Source of the DNA: a virus | DNA: 64,000 bases | Direction: 5' to 3' (one strand) | Virus record (IMG/VR): IMGVR_UViG_3300021962_000077 | Coordinates: 9,585-73,584 of that record | Shown: one piece after another, positions 47,474-57,450 of the stretch | Layout: each line of letters begins with the position of its first letter | How positions within the stretch are numbered: the first letter of the stretch is position 1 | Position numbers and translations under genes: made by a program | The notes under the pieces: model-generated | What the model was told of the DNA's origin: nothing | The model's input: the letters and a program-made list of their open reading frames with translations, nothing else | The model's database searches: none

Positions 47474-48160
47474 ATGAAAGTCAGATTACTGTCATATAGT
47501 CAACCAACAGAAGAATTTTTTGATCAGGGAATTTCTGATGCTCAAGAGTTAATTGCTTATTGTGCTAGAGTATCTAATCCAAGTAATCAACTTAATACTG
47601 ATACTAGTGAAAAACTAATTAGATATCTAATCAAACATCAGCACTGGAGTCCTTTAGAAATGGTTAGTGCTTGTATTGAGATTACTACAACAAGAGATAT
47701 TGCAAGGCAAATTTTAAGGCACAGAAGTTTTAGTTTCCAAGAATTTAGCCAACGTTATGCAGATCCTACTAAAGATCTTAATTTTGTCCTTAGAGAAGCA
47801 AGATTACAAGATCCAAAAAATAGACAGAACAGCATCGATGTTGTACAAGACACTCCAGAATCACGTATTCTAGCCACAGAGTGGGAACGTGCTCAACAAC
47901 GAGTGTTATATGCAGTTAAAGAAGCATACCAGTGGGCCATTGATCATGGTATTGCTAAAGAACAGGCTCGTGCTGTACTACCCGAAGGTATGATGGAAAG
48001 CCGGTTATATATGAACGGCACACTGCGTAGTTGGATACATTTTATAGAACTACGCAGTGCTAACGGCACACAAAAAGAACATCAAGAAGTTGCCAAGGCC
48101 TGTGCCTCGGTTATTGCGACTGTATTTCCGCTTGCTTCAGACTTAATAAGTACTGATTAA
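47474..48160 (+). CDS. thyX: flavin-dependent thymidylate synthase
   Basis: HWSPLE, RQILRHRSFSFQEFSQRY, AKEQARAVLP, LR...TQKEH. Confidence 0.95.
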   Translation: MKVRLLSYSQPTEEFFDQGISDAQELIAYCARVSNPSNQLNTDTSEKLIRYLIKHQHWSPLEMVSACIEITTTRDIARQILRHRSFSFQEFSQRYADPTKDLNFVLREARLQDPKNRQNSIDVVQDTPESRILATEWERAQQRVLYAVKEAYQWAIDHGIAKEQARAVLPEGMMESRLYMNGTLRSWIHFIELRSANGTQKEHQEVAKACASVIATVFPLASDLISTD

Positions 48161-49196
48161 ATCTACCTTCTAACCAAGCCCAGTCATTAATCTTACGAAG
48201 TCCTTCTGGATTTTGTTTATTATCTAATCCAAATCTTCTTCCGGCAATCGCACCTGCTACAATATATTGTCCGTAGGTTGTTTTCTTACCTCTAGTACAC
48301 CATGCAGCAAGACGCTTATCTGTTTCTAACTGAACTTGTCGATCAATTACTGCACTTGCTAGTTTAGCACATTCTCTAAATGCAGCTCTCCAGCTAGCGA
48401 AAGGACTAGTGTCAAAAGTATTATAATTACTTATTTGCTCCATAATCTTAATATTTGCGCCGATACTAGTAGTTACGTCTACACTGTCTCTGCTAGCTTG
48501 AAGTATTAAGTGTCTAGGAATAAGTTTTACTCCGCCATTACCATAGATTAAGTCATTAACTCTGTTTTTACTTTGCCAAATATGGACTACGTCAAAGTCC
48601 CAGCTTGGCACTTCATAATCGAAATTAAAATCTTCAGCTATCTCTGCATCTGCATCAACTACCCAGAAAAAATCTGTAGAGCTAGAAACGGCTGCACAAA
48701 AATGAGCATTAAAAATACCTTTAATATTTTTTATATGTTTTGCATGTGGATATTTTGTTAACAGATGTTGAAAATTTATATCTGCATTTTTTTCTTTATA
48801 TGACAAAAAGAATACATCATATAACTTATTATAAAATACACCAAAGTCAATAAACTTTACATTATTAAAAAAGTTTTTTTCAAACTCATCATCTGTAAAC
48901 TTATAGTCTTTAGGAATTAAAAATAAATTTGAATACTTTAATAGCTGGTGATGTACATATGACTCGTCCCATTTAGGAATTGTAAAATGCTGCATATCTT
49001 TAGACATGCCTATGTCAGCAGGAATAAGCCAAAACATTTTTGTATTAATTTGAGCTTGAAGTCTTTTAGCGTATATAACGTAATTAAATTCTTTATCAAC
49101 TTGAATAGTTTTAGACTTTGGATATTTTGCCTTTAACCAATTAAGTTTATACTCGGGGAAATCTTTCTGATGATAAAACACAATATCGTAAAACAT
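48111..49196 (-). CDS. GT-A-like glycosyltransferase
   Basis: FWVVDADA (DxD), YGNGGVKL, WRAAFRE; paralog of the next gene. Confidence 0.55.
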   Translation of the reverse strand: MFYDIVFYHQKDFPEYKLNWLKAKYPKSKTIQVDKEFNYVIYAKRLQAQINTKMFWLIPADIGMSKDMQHFTIPKWDESYVHHQLLKYSNLFLIPKDYKFTDDEFEKNFFNNVKFIDFGVFYNKLYDVFFLSYKEKNADINFQHLLTKYPHAKHIKNIKGIFNAHFCAAVSSSTDFFWVVDADAEIAEDFNFDYEVPSWDFDVVHIWQSKNRVNDLIYGNGGVKLIPRHLILQASRDSVDVTTSIGANIKIMEQISNYNTFDTSPFASWRAAFRECAKLASAVIDRQVQLETDKRLAAWCTRGKKTTYGQYIVAGAIAGRRFGLDNKQNPEGLRKINDWAWLEGRFNQYLLSLKQAEIQSQ

Positions 49197-50116
49197 TATT
49201 CTTTGTCCAATACTTTAAAATCTAATCTTGTATAATCAACATGCACCATTTTAAAAAACTTACTGGCATTTGCATCAAGTATACTAATAGGTAAATCTAG
49301 TCGTGATTTCAATTCGACTCCTAGACGTTCTGCTTCTTGTAAAGCTTCATCGTCTGTTTTAGCAGATAATGAATTCCAAATTGTATCTAGGTGATCGAAA
49401 TCTCTTACGTTTACATAATCCCATGATTTATCAAAGTTTGTCATGTAACAACCTTGCCTTGATCCAAGTATTGCCCATACTCCATTTGGTACATCCATGC
49501 CAACATTCATCCATGTTACAAGTCTATGCAAATTTTTCCAATGGATTTGATTAATAAATGTGCCAGGGTCTACTGTTACACCCCTATCTAAACTCATCTT
49601 AACGCCTTCACGGAATCCTGCACGCCATGCTTGGTATGGACTAGCATTGTTATGCACATTGCTATAACAAGCATTCATTTGAATATATTCAGCATCCCAA
49701 CAAAAATCAACTTGGGCATTAGGATCGTCAGCAGGTGCGTTTTCATGCGTTTTCATGTTTAACACGTATTCCTTTGGCCACAACTTCAGTCCACCGTTTC
49801 CGTACATAAGACCATTTATAGCGTTATATCCTGCCCAAGAAATTACACATTTTGTCAAATCTTTATTTGTATCAAAGTCAACTTCTTGATTAAAAAATTC
49901 TTCACGAACAATATTATCACCGTCAACTGTAATAAATCTATCTGTTTCGCTTAATTTAGCACAGGCTTTATGGGCAGCATCGCTACCTTTAACTCCATGT
50001 ACACGTTTAGCCCAAGGTGCTTTATTGCATAAGTCTGCATAATTTTTTTCAGCATTAGGTTCGTCGTAACTAAGATATATAATATCAAAATCTATTATTT
50101 TAAACTTTTGGCTCAT
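49196..50116 (-). CDS. GT-A-like glycosyltransferase
   Basis: LSYDEPNA, AHKAC, ITVDGDN, YGNGGLKLW, WRAGFRE. Confidence 0.55.
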   Translation of the reverse strand: MSQKFKIIDFDIIYLSYDEPNAEKNYADLCNKAPWAKRVHGVKGSDAAHKACAKLSETDRFITVDGDNIVREEFFNQEVDFDTNKDLTKCVISWAGYNAINGLMYGNGGLKLWPKEYVLNMKTHENAPADDPNAQVDFCWDAEYIQMNACYSNVHNNASPYQAWRAGFREGVKMSLDRGVTVDPGTFINQIHWKNLHRLVTWMNVGMDVPNGVWAILGSRQGCYMTNFDKSWDYVNVRDFDHLDTIWNSLSAKTDDEALQEAERLGVELKSRLDLPISILDANASKFFKMVHVDYTRLDFKVLDKE

Positions 50117-50747
50117 ATTTTTCCTTTAATGCATATGAATCAAAAAATTTGATAGTAAACAATCTTATTTTAGAAGTAATTGATTCTACTATCATTTCGT
50201 GCGGAACAGTAACTGATCCTTTGGCAATTAATTCATTTAAATCAACATTAAATACTCTGTATAAAATATTTTTGTTTTCTTGAGATGTAACATAAACTTG
50301 TTTCATATAGTTGGCAACAGCATTATGTAATCGTTGTTTTTCTTCCTCATCTAATACTATTACCCAATTTTTATTTTCAATGTCGTTTAAGATAGTAATA
50401 GTAGCTGGATTATCCGTTTGGGGTATTAAAATTAATGTTGACGACTTAGAATTTAAAGTAACAATTTTAGGAACAATATCAAATTTGTTATTTACATCAG
50501 TAACTACTTTAAATTGTGCAGTACTTTCCCCGCTAGGGATTAAACTGCTGAGATCCTCACTATTAATTTCAAAGCAAGGTACTTCTATATTAGAATTCTG
50601 TCGATCAGTAATAGATAAAATATCACCTGTTACTTTATCAAAGTACACATATCTTGTATTACTAAATTTTAAAGATGCTTCAATTTCAGCAAGTTCTTCA
50701 GGAGTTAGATCAAACTCAACTTCTAAATCTTCATATTCTTCATTCAT
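50100..50747 (-). CDS. hypothetical protein
   Basis: Acidic 215 aa ORF within the operon. Confidence 0.5.
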   Translation of the reverse strand: MNEEYEDLEVEFDLTPEELAEIEASLKFSNTRYVYFDKVTGDILSITDRQNSNIEVPCFEINSEDLSSLIPSGESTAQFKVVTDVNNKFDIVPKIVTLNSKSSTLILIPQTDNPATITILNDIENKNWVIVLDEEEKQRLHNAVANYMKQVYVTSQENKNILYRVFNVDLNELIAKGSVTVPHEMIVESITSKIRLFTIKFFDSYALKEKYEPKV

Positions 50748-51576
50748 TGATCTTCTCCAAGTATGTAACTATATCATCTGTTAAGAATTCATTTTCTATA
50801 TAATGAAAAATACCTGTTTGTCTGTATTGGTTAACGTAAAATTCAAATTCGTCATTAAAATAATAGTCACATGCATTAACCCAACTATCATGTACCGTAG
50901 GCCATCCTTGAATGTTAGGTCTCATATGAGCAAATGATACATTTAATCTTGGTTGCACTACTGCATCATCCATTCCAGTAATTTTTAAAGCTATAGCGGC
51001 ACTAACGTCCATACTTAACCATCTTTGTTTAGCCTTAGGAGTTAATTTGCTATACGTTGTTTGCCAATTATTAACAATAAATTCAAGTGTTTTATAAAAA
51101 GCAAAAGCTTCTGGTGTCTTTTTAAAATAATGAAAACCAAAATAAACATTTGGAAGATCGTTATAAACAAACACCTGTCTATTTAATTCATTGGAAACAA
51201 TATTTCCTCTATAATCTTTTACAGACGATGCAAAAAATATTTCGTGATTTGATAATAATTCCCATTTAGATACTAGATCATCTAAGACAATCATATCTGT
51301 ATCTAATACGATAGTCTCATCATACGGTGAAGCATGGATGAATTTCCATCTATTTTCAACTTTCCATGCAGATTCTTCTGCATGGTCCTTCCAAGGAATT
51401 GGAATAACTTGATCAAACACTGCTAGATATTGTTCTGGTACTTGATCATTAGTGATAATACTAATAGCAGAATATGTTGACTGTGTTTTTTTAATTGATA
51501 ATGCAAGTGCATAGGCTTGTCTTACATAATCTATGCCTTCGCTGTTTTGTGCTAAAACTAAAAAACCTTTACTCAT
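50740..51576 (-). CDS. GT-A glycosyltransferase (GT8-like)
   Basis: AYALALSIK, SPYDETIVLDTD, FHY. Confidence 0.65.
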   Translation of the reverse strand: MSKGFLVLAQNSEGIDYVRQAYALALSIKKTQSTYSAISIITNDQVPEQYLAVFDQVIPIPWKDHAEESAWKVENRWKFIHASPYDETIVLDTDMIVLDDLVSKWELLSNHEIFFASSVKDYRGNIVSNELNRQVFVYNDLPNVYFGFHYFKKTPEAFAFYKTLEFIVNNWQTTYSKLTPKAKQRWLSMDVSAAIALKITGMDDAVVQPRLNVSFAHMRPNIQGWPTVHDSWVNACDYYFNDEFEFYVNQYRQTGIFHYIENEFLTDDIVTYLEKINE

Positions 51577-52408
51577 TTATACATCTCGCTAAACTATACT
51601 TGTTCATAACATGAATATCTAAATTATCAGTTTTTATTAGAGTATATTCTCCAATATAATTTTGTTTTTCAACTAGCATAGTCATTGACGTATCTGTTGA
51701 TGACACTAGTACATCCCTATCACGTGTATAGTACAATTTTCCAGGTAATGAACTTATTAAACTAGCACCGGTGCTACCATTTAACATATGAATAGCTATG
51801 CTAAAAGCATAATCATTTCTAAAACTACTTGGTCCAATTGCATAAAGTAGCCTATAGTAGGCCCAATTATATCTAATGTGTTGTACAATTTTAAAAAAAG
51901 ATTTAGCTAAAGATGTTTTTTTAAAATAAAAAACTGTTGCCCAATAAAAAGGTATTGTGTATTGATTAAAATATTCAAAACTACTTGTATCGCGCCACTG
52001 TGCTAGATCGTAACCTGTTTTATATATAGCAAGATCACTTTCTAAATCCCAAACTTGATTTAAATTATCAGAATTTAAAATATAATCTACATCCATTATT
52101 ATTGTTTCGTCATATGGGCTTATGTCATATGCATCTGCTCTAGTGAAATTTTTCCATGGCAGAACTTTATTAGTAATAGATCCATCATAAAATTGTTTTT
52201 TTTGAACATATGATGAATTAATATCTATAATATGTTCAAATACATTAATTTTTTCTGGGTACGTTCTCTCAATGTAATCCCTATTGTCTGTAGCAAGTGT
52301 AACAGAAACATTTAAAAATTTTTTGATTCGATCTGCGGCAAAAATAGCCATCTGAACATAGTCAATATCAGGGTTATTTTGAGCAAATAAAAGAACACCC
52401 TTGCTCAT
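51569..52408 (-). CDS. GT-A glycosyltransferase (GT8-like)
   Basis: SPYDETIIMDVD, WATVFYF, RNDYAFSIA, HVMNK. Confidence 0.65.
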   Translation of the reverse strand: MSKGVLLFAQNNPDIDYVQMAIFAADRIKKFLNVSVTLATDNRDYIERTYPEKINVFEHIIDINSSYVQKKQFYDGSITNKVLPWKNFTRADAYDISPYDETIIMDVDYILNSDNLNQVWDLESDLAIYKTGYDLAQWRDTSSFEYFNQYTIPFYWATVFYFKKTSLAKSFFKIVQHIRYNWAYYRLLYAIGPSSFRNDYAFSIAIHMLNGSTGASLISSLPGKLYYTRDRDVLVSSTDTSMTMLVEKQNYIGEYTLIKTDNLDIHVMNKYSLARCINE

Positions 52409-52752
52409 ACTGAAATTAAATCCTGAATTCTACGTTTAGATTTGATTTCGGAGTACTTAGAAAAGTATTCATTACTGGCTTTAAAATATTGAGATGATAT
52501 TTCTTCATGAAAAGTTTTTATATTTTCAATATTAACTGGTATTTGATTAATGTCTATTAGTATACAGTTCAAACTTCCTGCATCAATAATCGATTTTACA
52601 AATGAAATTAGTTCTAGTGTGATATGAAAACTAGAACCATTTACATAATAAATTAAATTTTGTTGAAATTCTTCAAACGCTGCATTACGTTGATTTGTCA
52701 GAGTAGCCATATAATTGGCTGTTTGAAATGCTTTTTCTAATTGCTCGTCCAT
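52405..52752 (-). CDS. hypothetical protein
   Basis: First gene after the hairpin/late-promoter element. Confidence 0.55.
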   Translation of the reverse strand: MDEQLEKAFQTANYMATLTNQRNAAFEEFQQNLIYYVNGSSFHITLELISFVKSIIDAGSLNCILIDINQIPVNIENIKTFHEEISSQYFKASNEYFSKYSEIKSKRRIQDLISV

Positions 52753-52755
52753 GAG

Positions 52756-52793
52756 ATCTCCCGCTGTATAGTGTAATTATCTCAGCGGGAGAT
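52756..52793 (-). promoter_or_regulatory. 11-bp inverted repeat around a late-promoter-like loop, covering the RBS
   Basis: ATCTCCCGCTG-agaTAATTAcactata-CAGCGGGAGAT-ctcATG. Confidence 0.6.
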
Positions 52794-52812
52794 GATAGAT
52801 AACTAATTCTGG

Positions 52813-53769
52813 TTACAGAGTTGTTTGGTTAGCAATCGTTGGAGTGATTGCAAATGCACCTTGAATTGGAGTAACTGTAAAGGTACTTGTAATTGTACCG
52901 CTTAGAACTTCGTCAATCGCTGGGCCAATACCAGTTTGAGTGCCTAAGTCTCCGTCAGTTAATGTTGCTGTAAGTTCAATTACATACGGACTTGTAGTAA
53001 CATATCTCGCCTGAACAGTAAATGTGTTAAGAGCATAAGGAGCACTTTGAGTACTAGTATAAATTGTTTGATTAACACCCGACAGTGTAATGCTACTAGT
53101 AGTACCGCTTGCTCCGCTGCGTGTAACAGTAAATGCTCCAAATGTAGAACTACTTTGATTAACAGCAAATGTTAAGGTACCCATACCAGATAATGTATTA
53201 ACCCATGCTGTGTATTTGTTGTTTACAACACCACTGGCCAAACTAGCTGTGTAATTAATTTTTCCGCCTGCATTGAAGAAATATCTAGCTTGCACAGTGT
53301 CTGTTAGTGTAACTCTAGCCACATGTGTGATAGATGGAGCTGTTAAAGTTGTACCCCATGCAGTAGATCTGGTAGATGTTACTGCAGAACTGCCTAGTTG
53401 TGAACCGGCTGCTAGGAACCTGTCAGTTACAACTGCACTAGCAACACCTTGATACTGTGTTACGATAGCATTAGAAATAACTGTACCGCTAGCAATCGTA
53501 ACCAAGTTAGCCCATGCAGGACCTTGTCCTGTACCAGTGCCTACTGATCCGATCTGTTTTGTTCGTGCTTTTGCTAAATCAGTTCTTAAATTAATCCAGC
53601 TTGAAGCACGAATAATGCTACCAGCTGTTACGGCCGAGCTGGCCAATGATTGGCCGTAGCCATATCTCGAGTCTGCTAAATCAGTTGCTGGATTAGTACC
53701 ACCTGTACCAAGAACTGCTGCTGCTTTTTTTTGAATAGCGTTAAATGTCGCTGCTGAAATTGTTGCCAT
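52813..53769 (-). CDS. virion structural protein (Ser/Thr/Ala/Gly-rich)
   Basis: GYGQ, W..LRTDL, ARYFFNAGG; follows the fibre genes. Confidence 0.65.
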   Translation of the reverse strand: MATISAATFNAIQKKAAAVLGTGGTNPATDLADSRYGYGQSLASSAVTAGSIIRASSWINLRTDLAKARTKQIGSVGTGTGQGPAWANLVTIASGTVISNAIVTQYQGVASAVVTDRFLAAGSQLGSSAVTSTRSTAWGTTLTAPSITHVARVTLTDTVQARYFFNAGGKINYTASLASGVVNNKYTAWVNTLSGMGTLTFAVNQSSSTFGAFTVTRSGASGTTSSITLSGVNQTIYTSTQSAPYALNTFTVQARYVTTSPYVIELTATLTDGDLGTQTGIGPAIDEVLSGTITSTFTVTPIQGAFAITPTIANQTTL

Positions 53770-53781
53770 TTCTTTAATTCC

Positions 53782-55311
53782 TTATATAATAATTGCTTCT
53801 ACAAGCTTCACACCAGCATCATTACTTGATTCAAGTGCTATTGCAAACGTGTCTGGAAAACTACTTGCTCTTACAGGAGTGCCTACTAATAATAAACGGG
53901 CAGCACCTGCGCATCCATTACTAGAAGCAACTAGTCTATCACCTTTTTGTACTGGTCCAAGAACTTTTATTGGTACTCGACCCTTAAGAGCGACCGGTGT
54001 GCCACCAGCTAGACCTTGATTCATCAAGTAAGCGGGCGCTGCACTCACAGCTCCAAATGCTCTTGATCCAGGTTGGCATGCAGTTACTTCTTGTTCTCCA
54101 CCTACCATTAGTACAGTACCTACTTCGTATTCTGCATCGGCAAGGTATTTCTCTGCCAAGTCAGCTTCATCTGCAAATATTGCATTACCTCTGAAGGTAA
54201 CAGCATAGATATCTCCTGCGCTGTCACGTGCCGCTACAGTATTAACAGTATTAGCAGTGTCGGCTAATAGATAAGATCCACCATCGACTTGCAATCTATC
54301 AGATTGAGTGGCTGTTCCATAGAAATTATCTGCCCAAACTTCGGTAAATCCTAGCGATGAATTACCTATTTTGCTGACTGCATCAGTGACCGGTAATAGA
54401 TCTCTACCCGATAACTTAATATTATTAGTCATAATACCAGCCAATTTAGTTCTAAATTGAATAGTATCCCCTACAATGTTTTGTACAATAGGCAGATTTG
54501 AATTTTCAATTTTTACTTCAAGTTGAGGAGTTGTTCCTACTTGAAATCCTGGATCTGCAAAATTTACTACACCTTCAAAAGTTGTTGCTTCGTCATTTCT
54601 AACAAATTTGTCTGCGCCAACAAAGATACCACTTACATTAAAACCATCTGCAGAAGTTGCTGTACCATGAAACCTATGAACAGTTTCAGTGGCGCCACTT
54701 TGTGCGGATCCTGTGTTTATAAGTGTTACTCCTTTATATATAGTATCAAATGTATTATTGTAAGCATCTTGTTCAGCTGCTCCTAATGTAAATTCATCAT
54801 CACTAGATATAACAAAAATAACTGTACCAGAAGCCACTGCCTCAACAACAGTGTGTTCTGCTGCTGCATCATCTACAACAGTTCTAGTACGCATTTCAGT
54901 AATAGCAGCACCTGCAGCACCCTGCGGTCCAACTAGAGTAAATGTATTATCACCATTACTAGCATATAATTGCTGTGTACTAGAATTCCAATAAAAATCT
55001 CCAATTCCAAGGCCTGAAGGTTCTGATGTTGCTACTGTTGACCCGTTGACAGTTCTAAAAGTAGAGCCATCATAAAATCTTAATTTTCCTGGGGAAACTG
55101 AGCTATCGTACCAAATTTGTCCTGTAATTTTTTTACTTGGAGGACTACTATCAGCAAAATTTTCCAACAATCTGATAAAATTTTCGTTCTGAATTTCGCC
55201 GTAGCCAGCGTAATTTTTTCCAACTAGCTTTAGACTAGATGTTTGATCTATTGTGCCATCTGCTACTGTTGCAAGCAAATCACCGTTTGTTTTATTAATG
55301 CTGTAAGGCAT
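53782..55311 (-). CDS. tail fibre-like protein with C-terminal intramolecular chaperone-like domain
   Basis: Shared N-domain; ADLAEKY...GRVP.KV.G.V.KGD.LV. Confidence 0.7.
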   Translation of the reverse strand: MPYSINKTNGDLLATVADGTIDQTSSLKLVGKNYAGYGEIQNENFIRLLENFADSSPPSKKITGQIWYDSSVSPGKLRFYDGSTFRTVNGSTVATSEPSGLGIGDFYWNSSTQQLYASNGDNTFTLVGPQGAAGAAITEMRTRTVVDDAAAEHTVVEAVASGTVIFVISSDDEFTLGAAEQDAYNNTFDTIYKGVTLINTGSAQSGATETVHRFHGTATSADGFNVSGIFVGADKFVRNDEATTFEGVVNFADPGFQVGTTPQLEVKIENSNLPIVQNIVGDTIQFRTKLAGIMTNNIKLSGRDLLPVTDAVSKIGNSSLGFTEVWADNFYGTATQSDRLQVDGGSYLLADTANTVNTVAARDSAGDIYAVTFRGNAIFADEADLAEKYLADAEYEVGTVLMVGGEQEVTACQPGSRAFGAVSAAPAYLMNQGLAGGTPVALKGRVPIKVLGPVQKGDRLVASSNGCAGAARLLLVGTPVRASSFPDTFAIALESSNDAGVKLVEAIII

Positions 55312-55335
55312 TGATTAACCCCTTTGTATTATTTA

Positions 55336-57450
55336 TTAAAATCCGTAAGTTATATTGTAACTTGTGTCCCAATACCAATTATTGGGAGAGCCTGAAACTA
55401 AAACATATACTCGTAAATACCTGGCTACCTGCGGTGTTACGGTAATTCCATCAAAATTCATAGTAGTTTTAGTACAGTGAACATAAATTTTTGTACCTAA
55501 AGCATGATCGTCTACAGGAAAAGTATCAGTTAATAGTGTTATAACATCCCCGTCGTCGAGATCACCCCCTAATGCATTAGTAAGTTCTAAGCTGAATTGT
55601 AGCGGCAATCCGGCAGTATAATTCTGCATTGTTTGATTATTAACTGCATTATTAGCTTTTCCAACATCAACTAATTGTGGGGGAGAACTAGAATCATAAG
55701 CTGTCGTTGCAACATTAGATATTTGACAATTGCCTACACTAACTACGCCTGTATCTGATATGATTATATTATCGTTAACATATATATTGTCAACTCTTAG
55801 ATTTACTAACGTGCCAACCGATGTTAAACTACTATTTACAACTCCAGTTCCTAAACGATCAGCTGATAAAACCGAAGCTCCTTCGATTCTATATTCTAAG
55901 TTTAACAAACCACTAATTGGTTTTAAATCTACATAATAATTACTAGTCCAAGATACTGTATCTTCAACAAAATACCAAGTAGCTAAATTATTAGTTGGGC
56001 CTCTGTCAATTTCAATACCTGCTGATCCTGCATCAATGCCAGGTGTAGCTTGTCCGTCGTTAAGTGTGATAGTATTATCTTTGATCGTAGTATTAGTTGT
56101 CGTGATACTTGTTGTTGTACCTAAAACTGTTAGATTTCCTTCAACTGTGGCTGCGCCTCTAACTCTAATATCAGATCTAAATAATCCCCTACCATTAAGA
56201 TCGAGTTCTACTAAAGGATTCTCAACTAATATTCCAATTCTAGGTAAAACAGATTTTCTTACTTCCCCGTCCCATTGAGTGTTATACAAAGGATCCGAAG
56301 GGTCAACATAAGTATTGAGTCCGGAAAGAGTACTTGTTACTGATACTGTAGAGGTAGTTATAGCTGTGATTGTTGCTGTTTCTAATAACTGTCTAGAAGA
56401 TACTGAACCTGGTATTCCGTAGTAGTAAATATCTATCTCATCTCCAACTTGGTATGGTTCAACTATTTCTTCAACTGCTCCATCGACTAAATTTCCGTAG
56501 GTTAGCACCAAAGTTGTTCCATCACCTACAGCTGAAGCTACACCGGCGATTCTAACTCCAGGGTTGTAAATTTTTAAACCTTTATATCCTTCTGTGGTAT
56601 CAGATTCAAAAGTTATACTTTGATTCTGCCCAACACCCCTAATTTTAAATTCGTTTGGTTCTGATGATATTTCGGTATTTTCACTACTACCTAATATTAA
56701 AGGATTGTCACCTTGTATAGTAAGGGTAGCTTGATAACCAGCATCGTATGAAATTACCGAGCTTCCTGAAGTTTTAACAAAGTCGTCGGGAATATAAATG
56801 TTGTTTTCGTTGTCAATTAATTGTGTTGCACTTGTAACCGGAACATCAAAAGATAATCCGCTTGCATTTCCTAAATTAAACCCTTTAACTATGTCGCCTG
56901 TGAAGCCGCTTATAGCCGGAGATGGGGTGAATGCATCTTTACTAAAAATACCAATTAGTGAATCAGCAATATATAGTAAACCAATAGTGTGTTCTTTTTC
57001 TGCTGTATCATATACAGAAACTATTTGAATACCAGATATACCTTGGTCGGCAGTGTAAGCAGGACCTGCTAGCACATAAGTTGTATTGTCTACATAAAAT
57101 TTTAACTGTTGGTTAACAGTGTCTATCCATATGTCTCCTGCAATAGCATTTGATGGTGCGCTTGAAGATAAAATTGTACCACCTGTAACTTTAAATCCGT
57201 TACCGGTATAAACTTTTAATCTATTATCACCAGTGTCATACCATAGTTGTCCTACTAGAGCATTAGGAGGAGAAGAACTGTTAGCAAAATTTTCTAATAG
57301 ATGGACGAAGTTTTCGTTAAATGCTTCTCCATAGTTGACTGCATTTTTGCCGATTAAAGTTAAATCAGTAGCTGTTGTGTCAACTGTTCCATCTGGAATA
57401 TTATCAGTTAAAATAGATCCGTCTGTTTTGTTTATTGTATAGCTGCTCAT
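55336..57450 (-). CDS. tail/baseplate fibre protein
   Basis: Shared N-domain ENF..LLENFA, GQLWYD, VEGNLTVLGTTT. Confidence 0.65.
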   Translation of the reverse strand: MSSYTINKTDGSILTDNIPDGTVDTTATDLTLIGKNAVNYGEAFNENFVHLLENFANSSSPPNALVGQLWYDTGDNRLKVYTGNGFKVTGGTILSSSAPSNAIAGDIWIDTVNQQLKFYVDNTTYVLAGPAYTADQGISGIQIVSVYDTAEKEHTIGLLYIADSLIGIFSKDAFTPSPAISGFTGDIVKGFNLGNASGLSFDVPVTSATQLIDNENNIYIPDDFVKTSGSSVISYDAGYQATLTIQGDNPLILGSSENTEISSEPNEFKIRGVGQNQSITFESDTTEGYKGLKIYNPGVRIAGVASAVGDGTTLVLTYGNLVDGAVEEIVEPYQVGDEIDIYYYGIPGSVSSRQLLETATITAITTSTVSVTSTLSGLNTYVDPSDPLYNTQWDGEVRKSVLPRIGILVENPLVELDLNGRGLFRSDIRVRGAATVEGNLTVLGTTTSITTTNTTIKDNTITLNDGQATPGIDAGSAGIEIDRGPTNNLATWYFVEDTVSWTSNYYVDLKPISGLLNLEYRIEGASVLSADRLGTGVVNSSLTSVGTLVNLRVDNIYVNDNIIISDTGVVSVGNCQISNVATTAYDSSSPPQLVDVGKANNAVNNQTMQNYTAGLPLQFSLELTNALGGDLDDGDVITLLTDTFPVDDHALGTKIYVHCTKTTMNFDGITVTPQVARYLRVYVLVSGSPNNWYWDTSYNITYGF

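Noticed and set aside
48111-48160. 50-nt convergent overlap of thyX with a GT-like gene
   Set aside because: Short tail-to-tail overlaps are common in compact phage genomes; no further signal.
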